The position numbers and the translations under genes are program-made. A DNA stretch of 14,356 nt from Candidatus Thorarchaeota archaeon. Its GTDB lineage: Archaea > Asgardarchaeota > Thorarchaeia > Thorarchaeales > Thorarchaeaceae. Positions 1 through 7,799 of the stretch are shown one piece after another. Numbering within the stretch: the stretch's first letter is position 1; each line of letters starts with the position of its first letter. The notes beneath the pieces are model-generated. The model was not told the DNA's origin. It did not search any database and worked only from the letters and a program-made list of their open reading frames with translations. The DNA is taken from positions 1 to 14,356 of the forward strand of contig JBHLRQ010000081.1 of the NCBI GenBank assembly GCA_048882385.1. Reading direction: 5' to 3'.

Positions 1-836
1 GGTCCTACAGTTTCTGCATTGAATGATGAGCATGTTGCAGCGAACAGACCAGCTCTAGAAACATCCGCTGACCTCATGTACTCTATGAGAAAGCCAATCG
101 CATAGGTGTCACCACATCCTGTTGAGTCCACCTGAGCTTTTGCGAGGACAAGTGGAATTTCAACCTGAGAATTTCTTGTATAGATTGTAGAACCTCTATG
201 GTCTCTTGTGACAAGAACTATGATTGGTCCATAGTCCAAGATTTTACTTACTATAGAGAGTTCTGACTCAGTCGTATCAGCCTGCTTCAATTCGGAGTCG
301 TGAAACTTGATAACATCAACTTGACTGAAAATCGTATCTCGCTCGACCCACTCCTTAGGAGTTACATGTCCATCGTCTGAAATTGCTCTCAGGTATCCTT
401 GAACATCTAATGATATCAGAGCGCCTTCTTCACTGACTATCTTGTAGCAAGATGGATCTATTTCATCAGGTGTTAGTGGTGAGAAATGCACTATCTTGGC
501 ATTCTGGTGTAATTCTGTGAAATCCGACGCACAAATTGGTGGAGCGATTGATTCAATTCTTTGAACACGTGTTCCAAGTTGATTATACTCATTAACAAAC
601 CGAGTGGTTTTCGCTCCTTCTACTTTGAAACCAGACAGGTCCAGACCACTTGATTCGAGAGTTCTGCGGTACTCATTCTCAAAATCTTCACCAACCTTTG
701 TAACAATAGCTGCTCCAAATGCTCCGATAGCTGGCGCAAGCATAGCATAGGCGGTGCTTCCACCTAGAGCCTCCCGTCTAGTTTCAGGAGTAATAATGAG
801 GTCTCTACTCAAGTGTCCAACAACTAATATTTCCAT
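1..836 (-). CDS. PfkB/ribokinase-family carbohydrate or nucleoside kinase (3' end runs off the window; missing from the supplied ORF track)
   Basis: Manual translation of the minus strand from ATG at 836: MEILVVGHLSRDLIITPETRREALGGSTAYA...IVTKVGEDF...LDVQGYLR...VDVIKF...VTRDHRGS...QVDSTGCGDTYAIGFL...AATCSSF. It has the N-terminal G-x-x-x-x-D/GG motif and the C-terminal D-[ST]-T-G-[AC]-G-D PfkB signature. The frame stays open to position 1. Confidence 0.9.
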   Translation of the reverse strand, partial: MEILVVGHLSRDLIITPETRREALGGSTAYAMLAPAIGAFGAAIVTKVGEDFENEYRRTLESSGLDLSGFKVEGAKTTRFVNEYNQLGTRVQRIESIAPPICASDFTELHQNAKIVHFSPLTPDEIDPSCYKIVSEEGALISLDVQGYLRAISDDGHVTPKEWVERDTIFSQVDVIKFHDSELKQADTTESELSIVSKILDYGPIIVLVTRDHRGSTIYTRNSQVEIPLVLAKAQVDSTGCGDTYAIGFLIEYMRSADVSRAGLFAATCSSFNAETVG

Positions 837-957
837 TTTCAACCTTGAAGTGCAACAGACTGCTCCTATAACTGCTGTGCTTGATGATATATGAATAACA
901 GGGCAGAAGGCAACGGTTTTAATCACATAATCTATTTGCTAGGATTGGGTGTGTCAT
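837..957. promoter_or_regulatory. Divergent promoter region between the pfkB-like gene and the moaD-aor operon
   Basis: Intergenic gap between divergent starts with AT-rich TATA-like elements (GATATAT ~886-892, TTTTAAT ~917-923). A GGTGTG SD-like sequence precedes TTG 958. Confidence 0.45.
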
Positions 958-1233
958 TTGGCTCGAGTCACAGCAAAGTTCTTCGCCACTGTCAGAGAGA
1001 TAACAGGAGTCAGAAGTGCAGAATTTGAAGCGAAAGATATCAGAGAGTTATTGGATCTTCTTACAAAAACATACCCGAAGTTTTCTGATACTGTGCTGAA
1101 TGATGACGGCAAGCTCAAGCAATTCTTCTCATGCATGGTCAATGGAAAGCGCATCGAGCTACTGGATAGCTATGATACTGTCCTAAAAGACAATGATTCT
1201 ATTGCTCTGTTTCCTCCAGTTGGAGGCGGATGA
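958..1233 (+). CDS. moaD: MoaD/ThiS/SAMP1-type ubiquitin-like sulfur carrier (beta-grasp fold)
   Basis: KFFATVREITG at the N-terminus, VNGKRI, LKDNDSIALFPPVGGG with a C-terminal Gly-Gly. Start is either GTG 949 (ORF track) or TTG 958, which I prefer for SD spacing and MoaD length. Confidence 0.88.
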   Translation: MARVTAKFFATVREITGVRSAEFEAKDIRELLDLLTKTYPKFSDTVLNDDGKLKQFFSCMVNGKRIELLDSYDTVLKDNDSIALFPPVGGG

Positions 1234-2640
1234 ATGAGTAGCACTCTCACATCTACCTTTAGAAGGCACGTGAGAGATTCTGTCGATTTAGTTGTAAAGA
1301 ACGCTCGTCTTCTTCTAGAATCTGGAGTGAGTAGAGGAGGTATTGGAGTTGTAGGTGAGAAGATTGTCATAATCGCATCGGATGACCATCTTCCAGAGGC
1401 TACAACTGTCATTGATGCTGAAGGAAAAATTCTGATGCCTGGACTCATAGACACACATGCTCACATTCATGACCCCTCAATGCTGGATCACGAAGACTTC
1501 ACAACAGGATCGCAGGCAGCTGCTGCTGGCGGAGTAACAACCATTGTGGATATGCCTCTAACAAATCAGGTAGACTCTATTGAATCAGTAGAGGAGAAGA
1601 TTGCTCAGGGAGAATCTATGAGCCTAGTTGATTTCTCCTTTTATGCAGGAATGATGAACGCGGGTAATATTAGCGCGATTCCAGAACTTATCCAGAGAGG
1701 CGTAGCCGCGTTCAAGGCTTTCACTTGTGAGCCTTATCAGACCAACAACGGTGTGATTGTGAAGTGCCTGAGTGAAGTATCAGAATATGGAGGTCATCTG
1801 ACCATACATTCTGAGGATCAAGGAGTACTGAATGAGTTTGGAAATGAGATGGATGGAAATTGGGATGCCCCCATAAGCCACGCTTTGGCAAGACCCAATA
1901 TTGCAGAGTTTCTTGCCATCCGATCCTGTTTAGATATTGTGAAGCAGACTGGTGGGCATCTACACATTGCTCACGTGACGACTAGGGAAGGAGTACATGA
2001 GATCGAGAAGGCTAAACTAAGTGGGAACATGGTGACAACTGAGGTCTGCCCACATCACCTTGTTTTCTTCAGGGATGACATGAACCGTCTAGGACCAAAG
2101 AGTAAGATGAATCCGCCGTTGCGTACAAAGGAAGATATGGCTGCGCTCTGGTCTGCTCTACTGAGAGGAGCTATTGATACAGTTGTGAGTGATCATGCAC
2201 CGTGCCCCATTGAGAAAAAAGAGGCTGGGTCAAATGACATAAGGGATGCATGGTCAGGCGTCGATGGTATACAAATGATACTCAGAATCCTTCTATCAGA
2301 GGGAATCAACAAGGGAAGACTATCGCTCTCAAAACTGCTTCGAGTGTGTTCTCGAAATCCGGCGAGAATATTTGGACTATATCCGAAGAAGGGAGTATTG
2401 CGTATTGGTGCTGACGCAGACTTTGTGATTTTTGATCAGACTCGTGAAGAGAAGATAACTGCAGATTTAATGTTCTCCAAATGTGGCTGGACACTCTATG
2501 AGGGAATGAATATGAAGGGAGTCCCAGTAATGACATTTTCAAGAGGGGTACAAGTATTCAAAGATGGTCAGTTGATTGCAAAACCAGGACACGGGAAATA
2601 TCAAGCCATGGGAAGTGGACTCAGACCTAACGGAGACTAG
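1234..2640 (+). CDS. Cyclic amidohydrolase, allantoinase/dihydropyrimidinase/dihydroorotase family (most allantoinase-like)
   Basis: PGLIDTHAH (HxH), AAAAGGVTTIVDMP, AFKAF (carboxylated Lys), HSED, HIAHV, EVCPHHL, KMNPPLR, SDHAP, AWSGVDG, NPARIFGLYPKKG, GADAD. The true start may be GTG 1270. Confidence 0.88.
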   Translation: MSSTLTSTFRRHVRDSVDLVVKNARLLLESGVSRGGIGVVGEKIVIIASDDHLPEATTVIDAEGKILMPGLIDTHAHIHDPSMLDHEDFTTGSQAAAAGGVTTIVDMPLTNQVDSIESVEEKIAQGESMSLVDFSFYAGMMNAGNISAIPELIQRGVAAFKAFTCEPYQTNNGVIVKCLSEVSEYGGHLTIHSEDQGVLNEFGNEMDGNWDAPISHALARPNIAEFLAIRSCLDIVKQTGGHLHIAHVTTREGVHEIEKAKLSGNMVTTEVCPHHLVFFRDDMNRLGPKSKMNPPLRTKEDMAALWSALLRGAIDTVVSDHAPCPIEKKEAGSNDIRDAWSGVDGIQMILRILLSEGINKGRLSLSKLLRVCSRNPARIFGLYPKKGVLRIGADADFVIFDQTREEKITADLMFSKCGWTLYEGMNMKGVPVMTFSRGVQVFKDGQLIAKPGHGKYQAMGSGLRPNGD

Positions 2641-2644
2641 AACC

Positions 2645-3136
2645 TTGACTGAACTGAAATTTGTATTTGGTGACCCAAAATTATGCTCAGGATGCATGAC
2701 ATGTTCAAACACTTGCAGTATGTATTATTTCAAAGTGATAAGCCCAGAACGAGCTCGGAATAGAGTTGTGAGAGTTGAGCCAGCATTGGACTTTCCTCTC
2801 TTCTGCCGAAACTGTGAAGATGCTGCATGTATCAAAGCATGTCCAGAAGAAGCCCTAATGCGTACATCAAAGGGAGTTGTAATAGTCAACAACAGAAAAT
2901 GTGTGGGTCATGGCGAATGTGTCAAGGCATGTCCGTATTTCGCAATCCGAATCCATCCAGACACTGGAAAGGCATTCAAGTGCATCCAATGCGGAGAGTG
3001 TGTAGAACGATGTCCTGCTGATGCGATTTGGATGACAACTGATGATGATCTCTCTAAGAGAGACAAAGATGGAACGATCAGAGATCTTCACGAACAGCAC
3101 AAAGACGTAATCTATGATAAGGAGGACTGGCTATGA
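2645..3136 (+). CDS. 4x[4Fe-4S] electron-transfer subunit (DmsB/CooF/AorA-like)
   Basis: Cys blocks CSGCMTCSNTC, CRNCEDAACIKACP, CVGHGECVKACP, KCIQCGECVERCP. I prefer start TTG 2645, just after the upstream stop and a GGAG, over TTG 2576 in the ORF track. The stop overlaps the AOR start (ATGA). Confidence 0.9.
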   Translation: MTELKFVFGDPKLCSGCMTCSNTCSMYYFKVISPERARNRVVRVEPALDFPLFCRNCEDAACIKACPEEALMRTSKGVVIVNNRKCVGHGECVKACPYFAIRIHPDTGKAFKCIQCGECVERCPADAIWMTTDDDLSKRDKDGTIRDLHEQHKDVIYDKEDWL

Positions 3137-5007
3137 TACATGGTGTTGGTGGCAAGATCCTGTGGGTGAATCTTACCAAGGGATCAATCGAAAAACGACC
3201 ACTTGATGAAGACATGATCAAGGACTACCTTCTCGGGGCAGGATATCTTTCCAGAATTCTCTTCGACCAAATTCCAAAAGGTATTGACCCGTTGAGCGAT
3301 AAGAATGTGCTTGGAATTGCTACTGGACTCCTTACTGGCTCGATGTTTCCTCAGGCCTCAAGGCATGTTGTTGCAGGACTTTCACCTCTCACCGATGTAT
3401 GGGGTGAGAGTCATGCTGCTGGATTTTGGGGAGCTGAACTCAAGTTTGCAGGGTATGATGCAATAATCTTCACAGGAGCTTCATCAAGCCCTGTATATCT
3501 CAACATAAAGGATGAGAATGTAGATATCTTGGATGCAGAGTCAGCTGGAGTGTGGGGTAAGGATGTCTTTGAAACTGATGACATCCTCAAGTCAAAGCAT
3601 GGTAAGCGGTGCAGAACTCTGTCGATTGGGCAGGCCGGGGAGAACCTGGTCAGATTTGCAGCTGTCATGAATGATAGAGACAGAGCATCTGCACGTTCTG
3701 GATTAGGAGCTGTAATGGGTTCAAAGAAAATCAAGGCAGTCTCAGTCAGAGGTTCTGGAAAGCTAGAAGTTGCCGATCCCAAGAACTACTTGAAACAGAT
3801 AGATGTGTTTCACAAGCGGATGATGGAGAATCCTTTCACGCCAGGTCGAATCAAATACGGAACCACGAGTCTTGTTGAACTAATGCAACACATTGGACGT
3901 CTACCAAGCTATAACATGAAACAGGGCGTCTTTGAAGGCTTCGAGAAGATCAGCGGTGACGCCATCAACCAAAAATACCTCGTAAAAGCAAGAGCTGATT
4001 TTTCATGTCTTCAGCGTTGTGGTCGCTATACTGCAGTAAGGACAGGACCATATGCCTATGAAGGAGGAGCTCCAGAGTTTGAAACTCAGTCATCAATGGG
4101 GTCCCGATGTGGAAACGATAATCTGGAATCAGTACTTTTCGGGCATCATCTTGCAAACCAATTTGGGATGGATACAATATCATTGGGTGCTACAATCTCC
4201 TGGGCAATGGAAGCCTGGGACGAGGGTTTGTTGACATCTGAAGATACAGGAGGAATCGATCTCAGTTGGGGAAACCATGAAACTGTTGTCAACCTGACAA
4301 GAATGATTGCTCTTCGAGAGGGATTCGGAGATGTGCTCGCAGAGGGAAGTGCTCGAGCAGCTCAGAGGATTGGTAGAGGAACTGAAAAGTTCGTTATGGC
4401 AGTGAAAAAACAGGAGATTGCAGGACAAGAGCCAAGAGCGCAGAAATCAATGGGTCTCGCTGCAGTGACTGCAGCCAGGGGTGCTGATCACCTCTATTCT
4501 TTTCCTGTGCTTGACGAGGCGGGATTTGATGATGAAATCAGAGAACGATTTGGCAAACAATACCTACCTGAGATGGCAGATCGTTTGAATCCCAAATACA
4601 AGGGAATCATGGTCAAGGAATGCGAAGATTTCATGGTAATGATTGAGAGTGTGGGTCTATGCAAGTATGGAACACAGATTCCTCCTGAATTCTTCTATGA
4701 TGATATTGCCTTGGCTCTAAAAATCCATAATGGTCTTGACTTTACTGGAAAGGAACTCCAGACTATCGGTGAACGAATTGTCAATCTCAATAGGTTGTTC
4801 AACGCACGTCTTGGAATAACAAGAGCGGATGACTGCTTACCTGATAGATTGACAAAGGAGAAAGCACCATTGGGACCGTCTTCTGGCGAGGTCGTTGAGA
4901 TAGATATGATGCTCGATGAGTACTACACTGAACGTGGATGGGACCTCAAAACGGGACTTCCACTCAAAGAAACATTGGAGCGACTTGGATTAGAAAAAGA
5001 TACTTAG
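3133..5007 (+). CDS. aor: Tungsten-containing aldehyde:ferredoxin oxidoreductase family protein
   Basis: GKILWVNLTKG, SPLTDVWGESHAAGFWGAELKFAGYD, IGQAGENLVRFA, RSGLGAVMGSKKIKA, PEFET, GMDTIS, REGFGDVLAEGS, RGADHL, GLCKY, YYTERGWD. The 624-aa length is typical of the family. Confidence 0.95.
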   Translation: MIHGVGGKILWVNLTKGSIEKRPLDEDMIKDYLLGAGYLSRILFDQIPKGIDPLSDKNVLGIATGLLTGSMFPQASRHVVAGLSPLTDVWGESHAAGFWGAELKFAGYDAIIFTGASSSPVYLNIKDENVDILDAESAGVWGKDVFETDDILKSKHGKRCRTLSIGQAGENLVRFAAVMNDRDRASARSGLGAVMGSKKIKAVSVRGSGKLEVADPKNYLKQIDVFHKRMMENPFTPGRIKYGTTSLVELMQHIGRLPSYNMKQGVFEGFEKISGDAINQKYLVKARADFSCLQRCGRYTAVRTGPYAYEGGAPEFETQSSMGSRCGNDNLESVLFGHHLANQFGMDTISLGATISWAMEAWDEGLLTSEDTGGIDLSWGNHETVVNLTRMIALREGFGDVLAEGSARAAQRIGRGTEKFVMAVKKQEIAGQEPRAQKSMGLAAVTAARGADHLYSFPVLDEAGFDDEIRERFGKQYLPEMADRLNPKYKGIMVKECEDFMVMIESVGLCKYGTQIPPEFFYDDIALALKIHNGLDFTGKELQTIGERIVNLNRLFNARLGITRADDCLPDRLTKEKAPLGPSSGEVVEIDMMLDEYYTERGWDLKTGLPLKETLERLGLEKDT

Positions 5008-5008
5008 T

Positions 5009-5245
5009 CTATTCACAGGTGGCACATACATTCGTAATAGTGTCTCTCACACCATCAACGCGACGTAGGTCATTGACGACGAAGGAACTCAGAGCTTCAG
5101 GTGTCTTGAATACACATTTGATTAGCATGTCATAGGCACCGTATATCAGATAGGCTTCTTCAACTTCGTCAAGTTTGCGTACCTCTTCGAGGATAGCACG
5201 CGACTTAGTCGATTCGACCTTGGCCATGATGAAAGCTATTATCAT
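5009..5245 (-). CDS. Stand-alone Lrp/AsnC ligand-binding (RAM) domain protein, no HTH
   Basis: 78 aa: AFIMAKVE...VEEAYLIYGAYDMLIK...LRRVDGVRDTIT is the AsnC C-terminal pattern. SD-like GAAGGTG lies upstream, with a TTTAAA box at 5283-5288. Confidence 0.88.
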   Translation of the reverse strand: MIIAFIMAKVESTKSRAILEEVRKLDEVEEAYLIYGAYDMLIKCVFKTPEALSSFVVNDLRRVDGVRDTITNVCATCE

Positions 5246-5444
5246 GCGAAAACACCTTCAATGTTCTTTCATCGCTACCAAGTTTAAAACTGTTGCTAGA
5301 AATCCTCAAGTTCAAAATTACAATCATAATTCACGATTATCAGCCCTCACCGTATCAGGAAACTAAATAGCAGAGTATTTTTGACGCCGGACTTGTTCGA
5401 GAAGGCCTTTGTGCTTGTCTAACGTCACTCCTAAATCAACGGGT

Positions 5445-5594
5445 GTTTCCAAATATCATTATACAAGCGGGAATCTCAAGATGGAGTCACGTTACACAAT
5501 GTTGAAAGTGCTGCTTAAACAGGCTGGAATATCTCCAGAGAGGGTACATCTACAAGGAGCTAGTGCGGTAGAGGGCGAGGTCTTTAATGATTAG
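5445..5594 (+). pseudogene. mvhD: Remnant of a hydrogenase/heterodisulfide-reductase Fe-S subunit MvhD/FlpD (C-terminal part only)
   Basis: YHYTSGNLKMESRYTMLKVLLKQAGISPERVHLQGASAVEGEVF matches the MvhD pattern CHYxxGN...R...LL...GI.PER..L.W.SA.EG..F. The conserved Cys reads Tyr, the Trp reads Gly, the N-terminal half is absent, and an early TAG occurs at 5592. Confidence 0.72.
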
Positions 5595-5621
5595 GTTACT
5601 GAGAAGTGTTCGTCATTGTTG

Positions 5622-6914
5622 TCAAATGAATCTAAGAAGATATGTTGTCCCAGTCACGCTGAGATCTTCAACATTGTCTGTAACATCAAGGTGAACTCCG
5701 CACAGTGTTGCAATGCCACGAATGAGTAGAACACCAAGACCAACAAGAGGCTTCTCCGATTTATATATGGCATCTGTAGAGTTCAGGAATGTCTTGATAT
5801 TCTCTGGTAGCCCACTTCCCCTATCACTGATTGCTACTTCCATGACATTTGAATCAGAATTCGACCCACAAACCTTGAGAGAAGGACTTCCATGTTTGAA
5901 AGCATTATCAAAGATATTCCACATAAGCTCATGGATTAGTCGGGGGTTTTCAACTAGGAAATCATCATGCATCTCAATTTGAATTTGCTCAGTAGTGAGC
6001 TTGTATTCTTTGATAACTCGCTCTTTCGCATCATCTAAGATTGTCGTCATTGGAATCTTTTCAGAGGGGGTTCGTGCTTGACTCAAAGATACAGAAATAT
6101 CTCGCATGTCATCTACAAAACGTCCTGCATCAACAAGAACCTCAGTTGCGATATCTAGCCAACGGTTTTCTACAACATCCGCTCCCTCCGTTAGTTCTAA
6201 TGCATGTCTGGCTGTTTGAATGTAGTTTCTGATGTCATGTTGAACCAGACCAGATATTATCTCGGATATCTGGTACTGCATTTCAAGATCTTTATTGACG
6301 GCCGCTGTAAATAGAGTGAGCATTGCCGATCCAGTTATGATTACGCCCGCAGCCTGTAAAAAGGTGAAGAATTGGAATAGATCGAAGGTAAAAACTGTCA
6401 AGGGAAAAAGTAACCATGATACTGCAATGAGTAGCATTCCAAGTATGAACCACCATTGAGATGAGTTACCATCACCGACACTCTCAAACCCGAAAACCGT
6501 GCGTGACGCTAGAATACAAACATAGACGATATGAAAACCGAGAGGCATGAAGACATACTGAAATCCTATCTGGAAAACAAGTCCTAGTATCAACAAACTA
6601 GAAAAGAGGACCGCGCCAACACCATAAAGCTGAATTCGTCTCTTTGTCAATTCAGAGCTTCGTGTTCCATCTAATATCAATGTGGCTCCAATATACATAG
6701 CTACCATTGCGAACATGTCTTGGGGAGCGAGTCCCGATGGCGATGACCCGAAAGCTCCCTGTAACGCACCAGCGGTATAGGTCAACCAACCAATAGCCCA
6801 GAGTCTATAACCGTGTCTCTTAGAATATCGGATCAGTCCCCATGCAATGGTCCCATAAAACGTGATGAACGTGAAAAGAAGAACCAAATCAAGCACGAGA
6901 TCTGTTGCCTGCAT
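5622..6914 (-). CDS. Membrane-bound sensor histidine kinase (about 7 TM N-terminal domain + HisKA + HATPase_c)
   Basis: About seven hydrophobic segments in the first ~205 aa. H-box QHDIRNY, N-box NIFDNAFKHG, G1 DRGSGLP, G2 GLGVLL, terminal GTT. Confidence 0.88.
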   Translation of the reverse strand: MQATDLVLDLVLLFTFITFYGTIAWGLIRYSKRHGYRLWAIGWLTYTAGALQGAFGSSPSGLAPQDMFAMVAMYIGATLILDGTRSSELTKRRIQLYGVGAVLFSSLLILGLVFQIGFQYVFMPLGFHIVYVCILASRTVFGFESVGDGNSSQWWFILGMLLIAVSWLLFPLTVFTFDLFQFFTFLQAAGVIITGSAMLTLFTAAVNKDLEMQYQISEIISGLVQHDIRNYIQTARHALELTEGADVVENRWLDIATEVLVDAGRFVDDMRDISVSLSQARTPSEKIPMTTILDDAKERVIKEYKLTTEQIQIEMHDDFLVENPRLIHELMWNIFDNAFKHGSPSLKVCGSNSDSNVMEVAISDRGSGLPENIKTFLNSTDAIYKSEKPLVGLGVLLIRGIATLCGVHLDVTDNVEDLSVTGTTYLLRFI

Positions 6915-7132
6915 CTTATAGAAGCCCCACTAGTATCTATTTATCAAACACGGTCGTGATTTTCACCTTGAAAATGCCAAATATACGTAGCTATGATATA
7001 TTCTCGTAATTTTATTAGCAGATTAGGCCAAAATTATGAAGTCGTAGAAGGGAGAATCAATCCGATAATTCTGCAGAGTGCATTCGGTACAACTATCAGG
7101 TGGTTTTCTCTCACATCAATTGAAGAGTTGCC

Positions 7133-7792
7133 ATGATGAATCTTAGAAATCTGGTGGATGAAAAGCACTTTCCACTCTGGGGACTGGCAGGTTCGCTGGT
7201 TGGTCTTATCTTCATATTGACTCCACAGTTATTCTATACCGGAACTCTTGGAGAACCATTCTCGATGTTTAATCATGCTGTGTCAGAGCTGGGAGAGCTG
7301 GGAGTATCCGAACTTGCATGGATGTTTAACATTGGATTGTTCCTAGCTGGAATTCTCTACATTCCATTTATGATTGGACTTGGACTGTATATTGACAACA
7401 TTGTCAGTAAGATTGCGGCTGTAGGAGGAGTATACTCAGCAGTATCAGTAGCATTGGTTGGAGTATATCCTATGAACTACATGTACGAACATTCAGTGAC
7501 TGCAATCTCGTTCTTTCTCAGTGGCATGGTCATGACTCTACTCTGGGCGATAGCAATACTGGTCCAGAAAGAGGTCAGGATTTACAAAGGACTATCACTT
7601 GGTGGATTCATCAACATGACAGTGTTTGCACTATTCCTCTATGGACCTTGGGAAGGCTTAGGTGGTCCGAGACCTGATTTTTCGATTAGATTGACCTTGG
7701 AATGGGGGATATACTGGGCAATTGTAGGTTATCTATTAGTCCTGTCAATCTATGTCTGGAAGAAAGAAAAGAGTGCTGAGAGCCCTCAGTAG
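7133..7792 (+). CDS. DUF998-like multi-pass membrane protein
   Basis: Multiple hydrophobic helices with FSMFNHAVSELG, WMFNIGL, LVGVYP..H...A..FF and a late EW, the pattern I associate with DUF998. Confidence 0.72.
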   Translation: MMNLRNLVDEKHFPLWGLAGSLVGLIFILTPQLFYTGTLGEPFSMFNHAVSELGELGVSELAWMFNIGLFLAGILYIPFMIGLGLYIDNIVSKIAAVGGVYSAVSVALVGVYPMNYMYEHSVTAISFFLSGMVMTLLWAIAILVQKEVRIYKGLSLGGFINMTVFALFLYGPWEGLGGPRPDFSIRLTLEWGIYWAIVGYLLVLSIYVWKKEKSAESPQ

Positions 7793-7799
7793 GACTCTC

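Noticed and set aside
954-4428. Short alternative-frame and antisense ORFs within the moaD-aor operon (954-1154, 1170-1454, 2306-2542, 2827-3021, 2867-3100, 3411-3782, 3965-4183, 4052-4234, 4180-4428)
   Set aside because: They overlap well-supported genes and have no recognisable motifs; they are shadow ORFs.
5445-5465. Possibility that the mvhD fragment is a selenoprotein (VhuD-type) broken at UGA codons
   Set aside because: The codon at the conserved Cys position is TAT, the interrupting stop is TAG, and no in-frame TGA-containing N-terminal half is visible.
4938-6232. ORFs 4938-5135, 5175-5366, 5713-5982 and 6041-6232
   Set aside because: They overlap aor, the Lrp gene or the kinase in other frames and have no motifs.
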